This document shows, piece by piece, positions 16,976 to 27,087 of a stretch of DNA of 64,000 nucleotides (positions are counted from its first letter, which is position 1; every line of letters begins with the position of its first letter). The stretch is taken from IMG/VR virus record IMGVR_UViG_3300008111_000060. One strand, given 5' to 3'. Below the pieces are notes generated by a model that was not told the DNA's origin, made no database searches, and was given only the letters and a program-made list of their open reading frames with translations. The DNA comes from an uncultured virus (IMG/VR IMGVR_UViG_3300008111_000060). Taxonomy: Duplodnaviria > Heunggongvirae > Uroviricota > Caudoviricetes. Both the position numbers and the translations under genes were made by a program.

Positions 16976-19172
16976 TCCTTTTATAGAAGTTCCTACTTGG
17001 GAAAACGGTACCTGGACAACAACATCTTTTGAAACAAGAGATGACTTTAGAGAATTTGTCCATACTTGTTTTAAAGAACCTGGTAAATACGAGTTTGATG
17101 AAACATCTTTATTGTTTAATCAGCAAGCTAGGAATTTTAATAAAAATGGTTTGTATTGTACAGCTCCTTTTAAAAGCAGAGACTTTATAAACTATTGGGA
17201 TGATCAAAAAACAAAATGTAGAAAAGGAGCTATTTTTAAAAACAATGGTAAAGTTTGGTATTTACCTAGGGACTATTACATGTTCCTTAACTTTTTAAGA
17301 ATCAATGATAAAGAGCAAAAAAAGTTTGACTTTGCTTCTATCAGGGATGCTCAGTATCATATGGCTCTATATGAGTTACTAGCTGAGTTAAACTATAAGC
17401 ATGCTGCTATTTTAAAGAAAAGACAGATAGCTTCTTCTTATTTTCATTGTGCTAAACTTATTAATACTCTTTGGTTTGAAGAAACACCTATTCTCAAAAT
17501 AGGTGCTAGTCTAAAAGATTATATTAATGACAAAGGTTCTTGGAAATTTTTAGAAGAATATAGATCTTTTTTAAACCAGCATACTGCTTGGTACCGACCA
17601 ATGAATCCTGGTAAAATGGGTAACTGGCAACAGCAGATAGAAGAAATGAGCACTCAAGGTAGAAAATTCTTAAAAGGTTTAAAGGGTGTAATGTCCATGC
17701 TAACTTTTGAGAAAGATCCAACAGCTGGTGTCGGTGGACCTTGTACAATATTCTTCCACGAAGAAGCAGGTATTGCTCCTAAGATGGATCAGACTTATGA
17801 GTTCCTTAGACCTGCTCTACAATCTGGTCATATGACTACAGGTTTATTTATTGCAGCAGGATCCGTGGGTGATCTAGATCAATGTGTTCCTTTGAAAGAG
17901 ATGATACTTAGACCTTTATCTAATGATATATACGGAGTAGAAACAAATCTACTAGATGATCAGGGCACTGTAGCAATCACCGGATTATTTATTCCAGAGC
18001 AGTGGTCTATGCCTCCTTACATTGATGAGTATGGTAATTCTAAAGTAGAAGATGCTTTGGAAGCGATAGCTTCTATGAGAAAAGCTTGGAAAAAAGATTT
18101 AACTCCAGAAAAATATCAGCTTCGTATATCTCAGCATCCGATTAATATAAGTGAAGCATTTGCTTATAGAAAAGTTTCTATGTTTCCAATGGAATTAGTT
18201 GGTAGTCATAAAAGAAAAATTCTTGATAAAGATTTTCCATATGAGCTTGTAGAGTTACACAGAAATCTAATAGATAATAAGATAGAACATAAACTTACAA
18301 ATAAAATACCTATATCAGAGTTTCCAATAACTAAAGACACTGAAGACAAAACAGGTGCAATAGTTGTCTGGGAAAAACCAGATAAAAATGCTGAATGGGG
18401 CACATACTATGCATCAATTGACCCGGTATCAGAAGGTAAAACAACTACATCAGAATCTCTTTGTTCCATCTATGTTTACAAAAGAGCTGTAGAAGTAAAG
18501 AGAATTAAAGGAGAATTAGTAGAAACTTTTATAGAACACGATAAAATTGTTGCGGCCTGGTGTGGTAGATTTGACGATATAAATAGAACCCATGAAAGAT
18601 TAGAATTCATAATTGAATGGTATAATGCGTGGACAATCATAGAAAACAATATATCTTTGTTCATTCAATATATGATTAGTAAGCATAAACAAAAATACCT
18701 AGTACCTAAAGATCAGATAATGTTTCTAAAAGACCTTGGAGCTAATAGAAATGTTTATCAAGAATATGGTTGGAAGAATACTGGTGTTTTATTTAAAACA
18801 CATCTACTTAGTTATCTTATTGAATTTTTAAAAGAAGAGATTGATGTTGAAACTAAGGAAGATGGAACAGTGGTAAAAAGAGTATATGGTATATCAAGAA
18901 TACCAGATGTTATGGCTATGAAAGAGATGGAAGCTTATGATGATGGTGTCAATGTCGATAGATTAGTTTCTTTAGCTGCTTTGATTGCTTTTGCAAAGAT
19001 TCAGCAATCTAATAGAGGTCTAAAGAAAAGAGTTGAACATATACAAACAAAATCTTTGCAAAAAGAGAATAATTTATATAAATTAGTGAGCAGTCCTTTT
19101 CGCCACATGGGGAAGGGGAATTCTATTTCCGGTGGTAAGCCTCCAAGAAATATGTTTAAAAATATAAGATAA
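16968..19172 (+). CDS. terL: Terminase large subunit
   Basis: Walker A-like LKKRQIASS, Walker B IFFHEEAG, RNase H-type YYASIDPV, IIENN and terminal DR motif. Confidence 0.92.
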   Translation: MSNPFIEVPTWENGTWTTTSFETRDDFREFVHTCFKEPGKYEFDETSLLFNQQARNFNKNGLYCTAPFKSRDFINYWDDQKTKCRKGAIFKNNGKVWYLPRDYYMFLNFLRINDKEQKKFDFASIRDAQYHMALYELLAELNYKHAAILKKRQIASSYFHCAKLINTLWFEETPILKIGASLKDYINDKGSWKFLEEYRSFLNQHTAWYRPMNPGKMGNWQQQIEEMSTQGRKFLKGLKGVMSMLTFEKDPTAGVGGPCTIFFHEEAGIAPKMDQTYEFLRPALQSGHMTTGLFIAAGSVGDLDQCVPLKEMILRPLSNDIYGVETNLLDDQGTVAITGLFIPEQWSMPPYIDEYGNSKVEDALEAIASMRKAWKKDLTPEKYQLRISQHPINISEAFAYRKVSMFPMELVGSHKRKILDKDFPYELVELHRNLIDNKIEHKLTNKIPISEFPITKDTEDKTGAIVVWEKPDKNAEWGTYYASIDPVSEGKTTTSESLCSIYVYKRAVEVKRIKGELVETFIEHDKIVAAWCGRFDDINRTHERLEFIIEWYNAWTIIENNISLFIQYMISKHKQKYLVPKDQIMFLKDLGANRNVYQEYGWKNTGVLFKTHLLSYLIEFLKEEIDVETKEDGTVVKRVYGISRIPDVMAMKEMEAYDDGVNVDRLVSLAALIAFAKIQQSNRGLKKRVEHIQTKSLQKENNLYKLVSSPFRHMGKGNSISGGKPPRNMFKNIR

Positions 19173-19173
19173 G

Positions 19174-21948
19174 ATGAAAGTATTAAATGCAATGCAGCTC
19201 AAATCAGGAGCTAAAGCTGAGTATAATAGGATGGGTAGTATTACTCAACCTGTTCAATTTATTCCAAGAAGTGAAAAAGACAAAGAATGGGTGTCTTGGA
19301 ACATGGACTGGCTTGAGTGGCAAGGTCTTAAGCAAATCAGAAGAAATGCTAGAAGGCTTATGAAAAATTATAAGCTTGCCAAAGGGATCATTGATAAAAC
19401 TGATTACATTGTTCAAGAAGATAACGAGATGCGTGATCTGGTTGAGACTTTAACTAAAGATGATTCAACAGCTTTAGAGTTAAAGTTTTATCCAATTATT
19501 CCTAATGTTATTAATACCATGACAGCTGAGTTTGCTAAAAGAAATAGCAAGATATCATTCACAGCTGTTGATGAGTATTCTTATAATGAGTTAATGGAGC
19601 AAAAACGCGCAGCTATTGAAGCTGTATTATTAGAAGATGCTCAAAATATGTTGATAACTAAGATGTTAGAATCTGGTGCAGATCCTAATGATCCTGAGAT
19701 GCAACAGCAGATGCAACAACAATTGGCTCCAGAAAATCTTAAAACATTACCAGAGATTCAAGACTTTTTTAGCAAAAGCTACAGAAATGTTGCAGAAGAA
19801 TGGGCTTCTCATCAGTTAGCTATTGATGAAGAAAGATTTAAAATGGATGAGTTAGAAGAGAGAGGTTTTCGCGATAGCTTAATTACTGATAGAGAGTTCT
19901 GGCACTTCAGGATGATGGAGGATGATTATGATGTAGAATTATGGAATCCTGTATTAACTTTCTACCATAAATCACCTGATGTAAGATATATCTCCCAAGG
20001 TAATTGGGTTGGTAAAATTGAGATGATGACTGTGGCCGATGTTATAGACAAGTACGGCTATATCATGAACCAAGAGCAGCTAGAATCTATAGAGGCTATC
20101 TACCCGGTTAGATCAGCTGGTTATCCTATTCAAGGATACCAAAATGATGGTGCTTATTACGATGCTACAAAAAGCCATGAGTGGAATGTTAATATGCCAT
20201 CATTAGCTTATAGACAATTTGTATCTATGTGGGATAACTTTGTCTACAATGGTGGAGATATTGTTAACTGGATCATGGGTGAATCTGAAGATTACTTTGA
20301 TATGGGTATGGCTTACATGCTTCGTGTAACTACTTGTTATTGGAAGTCTCAGCGTAAAGTAGGTCATCTAACTAGAATTACAGAAGCAGGTGAAGTTATT
20401 ACTGATGTAGTAGATGAAACTTATAAAGTAACAGATAAGCCTGTTTATAATAACATGCTTGTTAAAAATAAAAACAAAGACACCTTAGTATTTGGAGAGC
20501 ATATAGATTGGATTTGGATTAATCAAACTTGGGGCGGAGTAAAGATTGGCCCTAATCATCCTACATTCTGGGGTATGAATAATCCAGGTGGTGTAAATCC
20601 TATTTACCTAGGTATTGATAAAAATGTTATTGGTCCACTAAGATTCCAATTCAAAGGTGATAATACTTTGTATGGATGTAAATTACCAGTAGAGGGATCT
20701 GTATTTGGAGATAGAAATACTAGATCTACAGCTTTAGTAGATTTGATGAAACCTTATCAGATTGGATACAACATTGTTAACAATCAGATAGCAGATATCC
20801 TGGTAGATGAATTGGGCACCGTGATCATGTTGGATCAGAATGCTTTACCTAGACATTCCTTGGGTGAAGATTGGGGTAAAAATAATTTAGCAAAAGCCTA
20901 TGTAGCAATGAAGAATTTCCAAATGCTACCTCTAGATACGAGCATCACTAATACAGAAAATGCTTTAAATTTCCAACACTTCCAAGTGATGAATCTAGAG
21001 CAAACTCAAAGGATGATGTCTAGAATTCAGATGGCTAACTACTTTAAGCAACAAGCTTTTGAAGTTATAGGTATTACTCCTCAGAGAATGGGTCAGCAAA
21101 TAGGACAAACTGAAACAGCTAAAGGTATAGAACAAGCTGTGGCTGGATCTTATGCTCAAACAGAGATGTATTTTATACAACACTCTGATTATCTAATGCC
21201 TAGAGTACACCAGATGAGAACTGATTTAGCACAGTTTTACCATTCTAAAAAACCTTCTTTAAGATTACAATACATGACTAGCAAAGAAGAAAAAGTAAAC
21301 TTTGAAATAAATGGTACTACTTTATTGCTAAGAGATATAAATGTTTACGCTACAACTAGATCTAATCATAGAGCATTACTAGAACAAATGCGTCAATTAG
21401 CTATGAGTAATAATACAGCCGGTGCAAGTATCTATGATCTTGGTGAAGTTATACAAAGTAACTCTTTATCTGAGCTTTCTTCTACATTGAAAGGAATAGA
21501 AGATAAAGCTAATGCAGCTCGTCAAGAACAAATGCAGCATGAGCAACAGATGAAGCAGATGGAAGTTGAACAGCGTACCAAAGAAAAACAAATGGAGCTT
21601 GATGCTAAAGCTCTTGAAGAAGAAAAGAATAGAAGAAAAGATATCTTGGTTGCTGAGATTAAATCTGCAGGCTATGGTGCTATGCAAGATATTAATCAGA
21701 ATATGCAGAGTGATTACCAAGATACTCTAGATAAAATCCAACAGTCAAATGAGTTTAATCAAATCATGAACTTTGATAAAACTAAAGAGGTTAATAAACA
21801 ATCCCAGTTTAGAGAAAAAATAAATCTAGAAAGGGAAAAGTTACAGAATCAAAGAAACCTTAAAGATGTTGATTTACAGATAGCTAGAGAGAATAAAAAC
21901 AAGTATGACGAGAAAGCAAAACAAAAAAGTAAGGAGAAGAAAAAGTAA
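19174..21948 (+). CDS. Portal protein (crAss-like)
   Basis: Follows TerL; 924 aa, YPIIPNVIN, LVDLMKPYQ..YN, GITPQRMGQ, C-terminal coiled coil. Confidence 0.88.
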   Translation: MKVLNAMQLKSGAKAEYNRMGSITQPVQFIPRSEKDKEWVSWNMDWLEWQGLKQIRRNARRLMKNYKLAKGIIDKTDYIVQEDNEMRDLVETLTKDDSTALELKFYPIIPNVINTMTAEFAKRNSKISFTAVDEYSYNELMEQKRAAIEAVLLEDAQNMLITKMLESGADPNDPEMQQQMQQQLAPENLKTLPEIQDFFSKSYRNVAEEWASHQLAIDEERFKMDELEERGFRDSLITDREFWHFRMMEDDYDVELWNPVLTFYHKSPDVRYISQGNWVGKIEMMTVADVIDKYGYIMNQEQLESIEAIYPVRSAGYPIQGYQNDGAYYDATKSHEWNVNMPSLAYRQFVSMWDNFVYNGGDIVNWIMGESEDYFDMGMAYMLRVTTCYWKSQRKVGHLTRITEAGEVITDVVDETYKVTDKPVYNNMLVKNKNKDTLVFGEHIDWIWINQTWGGVKIGPNHPTFWGMNNPGGVNPIYLGIDKNVIGPLRFQFKGDNTLYGCKLPVEGSVFGDRNTRSTALVDLMKPYQIGYNIVNNQIADILVDELGTVIMLDQNALPRHSLGEDWGKNNLAKAYVAMKNFQMLPLDTSITNTENALNFQHFQVMNLEQTQRMMSRIQMANYFKQQAFEVIGITPQRMGQQIGQTETAKGIEQAVAGSYAQTEMYFIQHSDYLMPRVHQMRTDLAQFYHSKKPSLRLQYMTSKEEKVNFEINGTTLLLRDINVYATTRSNHRALLEQMRQLAMSNNTAGASIYDLGEVIQSNSLSELSSTLKGIEDKANAARQEQMQHEQQMKQMEVEQRTKEKQMELDAKALEEEKNRRKDILVAEIKSAGYGAMQDINQNMQSDYQDTLDKIQQSNEFNQIMNFDKTKEVNKQSQFREKINLEREKLQNQRNLKDVDLQIARENKNKYDEKAKQKSKEKKK

Positions 21949-21953
21949 CTTAG

Positions 21954-21990
21954 TGATATAGTGCGAAATTTTTTCTTTTGCACTATATCA
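21954..21990. terminator. Hairpin after the portal gene (terminator or RNA processing site)
   Basis: tgatatagtgc/gcactatatca 11-bp stem followed by TTTT. Confidence 0.6.
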
Positions 21991-22003
21991 TTTTAACTAT
22001 ATT

Positions 22004-22025
22004 AAGTTTAAGTATCGTATATTTG
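22004..22025 (+). promoter_or_regulatory. Promoter: AAGTTTA box plus TATATTTG
   Basis: aagtttaagtatcgtatatttg. Confidence 0.6.
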
Positions 22026-22062
22026 AGATTATTATAATTGTCAGTAACAAAAACCAACAAAT

Positions 22063-23346
22063 ATGGCAGATAACAACAACGGTACAACTACTGTTAGTAC
22101 AGTAGATGTAGCAGATTTAGACTCGATTTTAGGATCTCCCACAGGAGAAAGTGTGATGGTCCCAGATCAGGGTGGAAGCAAAGAAGTTAAAAAACCTAAC
22201 TTGTTTACTTCAAAACCAGTAGATATGACGTTCCTTGATAAGGATGATGATGACGATGATGACTCTAGTAGTTCTTCAGCAGCATCTACACAAGCAAGTG
22301 CTTCAACAACTACTACAAGTGGTGCACCGGCAAGTGATGATGACGATGATAAAAACATAGATGCATTATTATCACCCGATGGTTCTGATAAAGGTGGTCG
22401 TCCTAAGATGGATAAGAATGGTATGTTAGAGCTTGCTAAAAAGCTTATTGACCAAAAGAAACTTATTCCATTTGATGATGATAAACCTTTAGAAAAATAT
22501 ACTGTTCAAGATTTTGAAGAGTTATTTGAAGCAAACTTTGAAGAAAGAGAAAGAAAAGCAAGAGAAGAGATTCCTCTTGAGTTCTTTGATAGTTTGCCAG
22601 TAGAATTACAAGTTGCAGCAAAATATGTAGCTGATGGTGGTGCGGATTTAAAAGGCTTATTTAGAACCCTGGCCCAAGTAGAAGAGGTTAGACAATTAGA
22701 TCCTTCTGAAGATAATGATCAGGAGCAAATTGTTAGATCTTACTTGCACGCAACCCAATTTGGTACCGCTGAGGAAATCGAAGAGGAAATTACCAGTTGG
22801 AAAGACCGTGATGAGTTAGGTGCTAAAGCTAAGAAATTTAAACCAAAGTTGGATGCTATGCAAGAACAAGTTGTAGCTAGACAGTTAGCACAACAAGAGC
22901 AGATGCGTAAACAACAAGCCGCTCAAGCACAAATGTATATGAATAATGTGTATAAAGTCCTTGAACCTGCAGAAATTAACGGTATCAAGTTAGATAAAAA
23001 AACACAGAGTTTATTATACGCTGGACTAGTACAGCCTAATTATCCTTCTATATCAGGTAAGCCTACTAATATGTTAGGACACCTTTTAGAGAAGTATCAA
23101 TGGGTAGAACCTAGACACGATTTAATCGCCGAAGCTCTTTGGTTACTAGCTGATCCTGAATCATATAGAAACAAAGTAAGAGAAATAGGCAAAAAAGAAG
23201 CAACAGAGAAAACAGTTAGAATGTTAAAAACAGAAGAAAAAAATAAGATATCTTCTACAACATCTGATGATTTTGATCAGGATAACAAGAGACAGTCTTC
23301 TCAACAAAAGCTTCAAAGACCAAGTCAAAACTTTTTTAAACGATAA
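22063..23346 (+). CDS. Acidic scaffold-like protein upstream of the capsid gene
   Basis: Asp/Ser low-complexity N-terminus and helical C-terminus; lies between portal and MCP as in crAss-like capsid modules. Confidence 0.7.
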   Translation: MADNNNGTTTVSTVDVADLDSILGSPTGESVMVPDQGGSKEVKKPNLFTSKPVDMTFLDKDDDDDDDSSSSSAASTQASASTTTTSGAPASDDDDDKNIDALLSPDGSDKGGRPKMDKNGMLELAKKLIDQKKLIPFDDDKPLEKYTVQDFEELFEANFEERERKAREEIPLEFFDSLPVELQVAAKYVADGGADLKGLFRTLAQVEEVRQLDPSEDNDQEQIVRSYLHATQFGTAEEIEEEITSWKDRDELGAKAKKFKPKLDAMQEQVVARQLAQQEQMRKQQAAQAQMYMNNVYKVLEPAEINGIKLDKKTQSLLYAGLVQPNYPSISGKPTNMLGHLLEKYQWVEPRHDLIAEALWLLADPESYRNKVREIGKKEATEKTVRMLKTEEKNKISSTTSDDFDQDNKRQSSQQKLQRPSQNFFKR

Positions 23347-23376
23347 TTAATAACAACCTAAAACAAAAAACAAAAA

Positions 23377-25011
23377 ATGAGCACTCCAGTTTTAAACAAT
23401 GGTATTTTCCTAAGAGATACCAACTATCAAGCGAGTTCACATGTTGATTCTTATCACTTAGTGAATATGCTAAAAAATGCTGAGCCTATGGATATGGGTC
23501 CAGTAGACATTTGGGCAATGGCACAAAAAGTAGAAATGCCTCTTTACCAATTATCATCTTTTGGTGGTAAGAACATTATCATGGTTGATAATGCGCGTGG
23601 TGAGTACAAATGGCAAACTCCTGTGTCACAAGATCTTCCTTTCATCATCGAAGATATTGAGCCAGAAAACTACAACAAAGGTATTGATGGTACAACCTTC
23701 AAAATCAAAATCAGCCGTAGAGAATTTGGTCATGGTGATATCATCACTTATGATAAGTTTAATGGTTGCGAATTGTATATCACAGCTGATGATATTCTTC
23801 CAATGAGCGATGGATTTGTCTACACCGTTCAATTAGTTAACAATGATAACTATAAGTTCTTAGACAACAAATACTTAACCAATGGAACCAAGATCTTCCG
23901 TAAAGGTTCTGCTCGTGGTGAGTATGGTGAAAGATTCTCTGATATCGCAACACGTGCTGGTTTCCGCGAGTTCTATAACTTCGTAGGTGGAGCTGAAGCA
24001 CATGTTCACTATTCAGTATCTTCTCGTGCTGATTTAATGACTCGTGGTGGTATGAATGCTGATGGCACAGTACCTGTAACTGAGATCTGGAGAAACTTTG
24101 ATAAAACAATGGATCCATCAATCTCTAAGATTGAAGATATGGTTGCTAAAATGGGTAAGGATTATGTTAAGCGTGCTATGGGCAATGGTACTTTAACTCG
24201 TACCTTTATGACAACTATGGAAGCAGCTCACTTAACTAAGGTAGCTCAAGATATTGAGACTTACTTAATGTGGGGTCATGGTGGTCGCGTTAAGCAAGAT
24301 GGTCCAGATGATATCCGTTTATCAGTAGGTTTATGGAAGCAATTGGATAACTCTTTCAAACGCGTATACAACAAATCAGGTTTCTCACTTGAATTGTTCC
24401 GCGCTGAGTTATATAACTTCTACGCTGGTCGTGTGGAGTTCCAAGGTCCAGATCCTAAGAGACAATTAATTGTTCAAACAGGTATGGGTGGTATGAGATT
24501 AGTAAACGAAGCTATCAAGCGTGAGGCAGTAAACTCTGGTCTTGTAGCGGTTACTGGTTCTTCTAACACAGGTATTGGTAATGCAATCAATGGAACAAGT
24601 GCAATGGACTTGAACTTTGGATTTGCTTTCACTAGCTATGTGATTCCTTTCTTAGCAAATGTTAAGTTTGTGTTGAACCCAGCTTTTGATAACTTACATA
24701 CCAATGATATTGAAAACCCAATCATCGATGGTAATCCTTTATCTTCTTATAGCTTTATCATTTTCGATATCACTGATACAGGAAATGACAACATCTTTAT
24801 GTTGAAGTTATCTTGGGATAATCAATTAAAATGGTGGTATCAAAACGGTACTATGGATTACATGGGCCGTACACAAGGTTTTGCTTCAGTTGGTCAGTTT
24901 AATGGATACCGTGTTTATATGACACAGACCATGCCTGCTATCTGGGTGAAAGATCCTACCAAAGTATTGAAGATTGTAATGAGAAACCCAATTACAGGTG
25001 GATCATTCTAA
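23377..25011 (+). CDS. Major capsid protein (crAss-like, HK97 fold)
   Basis: Position, size (544 aa), high-expression codon bias (ttc, aac, cgt, atc), EYKW and IWVKDPTK motifs. Confidence 0.85.
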   Translation: MSTPVLNNGIFLRDTNYQASSHVDSYHLVNMLKNAEPMDMGPVDIWAMAQKVEMPLYQLSSFGGKNIIMVDNARGEYKWQTPVSQDLPFIIEDIEPENYNKGIDGTTFKIKISRREFGHGDIITYDKFNGCELYITADDILPMSDGFVYTVQLVNNDNYKFLDNKYLTNGTKIFRKGSARGEYGERFSDIATRAGFREFYNFVGGAEAHVHYSVSSRADLMTRGGMNADGTVPVTEIWRNFDKTMDPSISKIEDMVAKMGKDYVKRAMGNGTLTRTFMTTMEAAHLTKVAQDIETYLMWGHGGRVKQDGPDDIRLSVGLWKQLDNSFKRVYNKSGFSLELFRAELYNFYAGRVEFQGPDPKRQLIVQTGMGGMRLVNEAIKREAVNSGLVAVTGSSNTGIGNAINGTSAMDLNFGFAFTSYVIPFLANVKFVLNPAFDNLHTNDIENPIIDGNPLSSYSFIIFDITDTGNDNIFMLKLSWDNQLKWWYQNGTMDYMGRTQGFASVGQFNGYRVYMTQTMPAIWVKDPTKVLKIVMRNPITGGSF

Positions 25012-25017
25012 CCATTA

Positions 25018-25110
25018 GCACTACGCGGGTAGACCCTCCCAACTACCCGCTACAGAGTGCCATCGCCTAGATGATGCTTTAAGCATGTAGGATTATAACC
25101 TGATCTAGGC
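25018..25110 (+). ncRNA. Structured intergenic RNA element downstream of MCP
   Basis: Extended hairpin gcact..gcgggtag/ctacccgc..agtgc, then a gcctagat/atctaggc stem enclosing two small hairpins; no U-tract. Confidence 0.45.
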
Positions 25111-25149
25111 TCAAATGTCAGACAAATAAACCACCAAAAACCAACAAAA

Positions 25150-26175
25150 ATGAGTAAAACAAACATGACAATGGTAGAAATACCAACATTATCTGAAAAA
25201 GGTAAAATCACAATTAAGCCGTTCTTTGATCCTAATGTGGACAACCTAGGATTGCAAAACTATGGAATATCCCTTTTTGATGGAGTATTTCATGAAGAGC
25301 AATTAGCTTGTGTAGAAAACAATGGAGTTATAAGATACATTACTGGTCTTAATCCATTTGCTCCAGATGTTAAACTAATTCAAGATCCTGAAAAAAGGGA
25401 AGCTAGAATTAGTGAGATTAACAAAGTTGTAGCTAAACTGGAAGCAGAATTAGCAACAAATATTTTGGATCCTAAAGATCCAGATTTTTGGAACAAAGTA
25501 AAATTGTTATCTCCAAGTAATGAAAAATTCTGGAGTAGAATTACTGTAAGATGTGGTAATCAACCTGTGCCTCTAGATCCTGAAGCTAATGCTTATGATT
25601 TAATTAAGTTATATGCTATTGAAGCCGGAGGATTTTCTATTGTAGCTAAAAGCTATGAAGATGCTAGAAGTAGAGCCGTATCACCTAAGTTTTATTTAGA
25701 TAAAGCAATTACAACAATTGCTACTAAAACAGAAGTTAAAAAACTTAGAAACAAAGCATTGTCTGAGCTTGAAGCAATCTTTAAAAAGAATCCAAGCAAG
25801 CTTATGTATATTGCAAAAGTTGTTGATGGCAACAGTGCTCAATACAAAAAATCTACACCTCTAGATGTTATCTATGACAACATGGATAAATATATTACAG
25901 GTGAAGGTGTTGAAACTAATTTAAGAAGAGCAGCTGAAACTTTCTTAGAAGCTTGTGAACAAGATGTTGAAAGTCTTAAGTTAAGAGCTTTGGTTAAAGA
26001 TGCTAACTTCTATAAATTAATAGCCACAAAATCAGATGGTATGATTTATCATATGGCATCACAATCAATGATGGGTCGTAACTCATCAGAGTGTATTGAG
26101 TATTTAAAGAATCCTTTGAATGATAAGATCCTTGGAGAATTATTATCAAAAATAGAAAGTTATTGGAAAAAATAA
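25150..26175 (+). CDS. Conserved crAss-like protein following MCP
   Basis: 341-aa ORF in the capsid-module position, with an AAACCAACAA leader. Confidence 0.75.
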   Translation: MSKTNMTMVEIPTLSEKGKITIKPFFDPNVDNLGLQNYGISLFDGVFHEEQLACVENNGVIRYITGLNPFAPDVKLIQDPEKREARISEINKVVAKLEAELATNILDPKDPDFWNKVKLLSPSNEKFWSRITVRCGNQPVPLDPEANAYDLIKLYAIEAGGFSIVAKSYEDARSRAVSPKFYLDKAITTIATKTEVKKLRNKALSELEAIFKKNPSKLMYIAKVVDGNSAQYKKSTPLDVIYDNMDKYITGEGVETNLRRAAETFLEACEQDVESLKLRALVKDANFYKLIATKSDGMIYHMASQSMMGRNSSECIEYLKNPLNDKILGELLSKIESYWKK

Positions 26176-26187
26176 AAAACAAAAACC

Positions 26188-26385
26188 ATGGCAAAAAACG
26201 AATACCCAGAAGTAGTAAAAAATCCTACACAATACAAAGGTGGGATGAATTCTTATCCAGAAGTAGTTAAGAATCCTACTCGCTACACCGGTGGTAAAAA
26301 TACTTACCCTACTGTAGTAACTAGTCCAACCCAATACAAAGGTGGAAAAAATCCTTCAGTAACTGTTAATCCTAAATCTGTTTAA
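26188..26385 (+). CDS. Small tandem-repeat protein (17-aa YPEVVKNPTQYKGG units)
   Basis: Three full repeats and one partial repeat. Confidence 0.75.
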   Translation: MAKNEYPEVVKNPTQYKGGMNSYPEVVKNPTRYTGGKNTYPTVVTSPTQYKGGKNPSVTVNPKSV

Positions 26386-26387
26386 TT

Positions 26388-26516
26388 ATGAAAAAAGCAG
26401 TTAAAAAGAATGCTACAGCTACAGTTGTAAAAAAACCAACAGGGAAAGTTGGTGGTACAAGTACACCTCCTAAAGGTGCAGTGCCTAAAAAGAAGATGGG
26501 CGGCAAAGCTTGCTAA
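26388..26516 (+). CDS. Small basic protein, 42 aa (MKKAVKKNAT...KKMGGKAC)
   Basis: Manually translated; tightly packed. Confidence 0.65.
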   Translation: MKKAVKKNATATVVKKPTGKVGGTSTPPKGAVPKKKMGGKAC

Positions 26517-26519
26517 GCA

Positions 26520-26669
26520 ATGGCTAAGAAAGGTCTATATGATAATATTCACGCTAAGAGAGCTCGCATAGCTGCGGGCTCCGGCGAGAAGATGCGAAAG
26601 CCAGGTAGCAAGGGAGCTCCTAGTAAAAAAGATTTTATTAATTCTGCTAAAACAGCTAAGAAAAAATAA
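26520..26669 (+). CDS. Small basic protein, 49 aa (MAKKGLYDNIHAKRARIAAGSGEKMRKPG...)
   Basis: Manually translated; resembles small basic proteins common in aquatic phages. Confidence 0.75.
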   Translation: MAKKGLYDNIHAKRARIAAGSGEKMRKPGSKGAPSKKDFINSAKTAKKK

Positions 26670-26670
26670 T

Positions 26671-26919
26671 ATGGCAAAGTCTCCTGCATGGCAAAGAAAA
26701 GCAGGTAAGTCACCAAGTGGTGGACTTAATGCTAAAGGTAGAGCTTCTTATAATAGAGAAACTGGTGGAAACTTAAAAGCTCCACAACCTGAAGGAGGGC
26801 CTAGAAAAAAATCTTTTTGTGCTAGAATGGAAGGGATGAAGAAGAAATTAACTAGTGCTAAAACAGCCAGAGATCCAGATAGTAGAATTAATAAATCACT
26901 TAGAAAGTGGAAATGTTAA
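26671..26919 (+). CDS. Small basic protein (DUF6321-like)
   Basis: MAKSPAWQRK..GGLNAKGRASY...RKKSFCARM...SRINKSLRKWKC. Confidence 0.75.
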   Translation: MAKSPAWQRKAGKSPSGGLNAKGRASYNRETGGNLKAPQPEGGPRKKSFCARMEGMKKKLTSAKTARDPDSRINKSLRKWKC

Positions 26920-26922
26920 AAC

Positions 26923-27087
26923 ATGGCAGCAAAAAAAGGAATGGGCTTTAAAGCAGCTCAAAAAAGTATTGCAAAAAAATCAGGTGTTAGTATGAAAGCA
27001 GCAGGAGCTATCTTAGCTTCTTCTACTAGAAAAGCTTCCCCAGCAGCTAAGAAAGCAAACCCAAATTTGAAAAAAGTTAAAGGATAA
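26923..27087 (+). CDS. Small basic protein, 54 aa (MAAKKGMGFKAAQKSIAKK...)
   Basis: Manually translated; TAATG overlap with the next gene. Confidence 0.75.
   Translation: MAAKKGMGFKAAQKSIAKKSGVSMKAAGAILASSTRKASPAAKKANPNLKKVKG

Noticed and set aside
16968..25011. Introns or inteins in terminase, portal or capsid genes
   Set aside because: The ORFs are continuous, with no intein splice motifs or homing endonuclease signatures seen
25018..25110. tRNA gene
   Set aside because: Lacks a TTC T-loop, a D-loop GG and a four-arm cloverleaf
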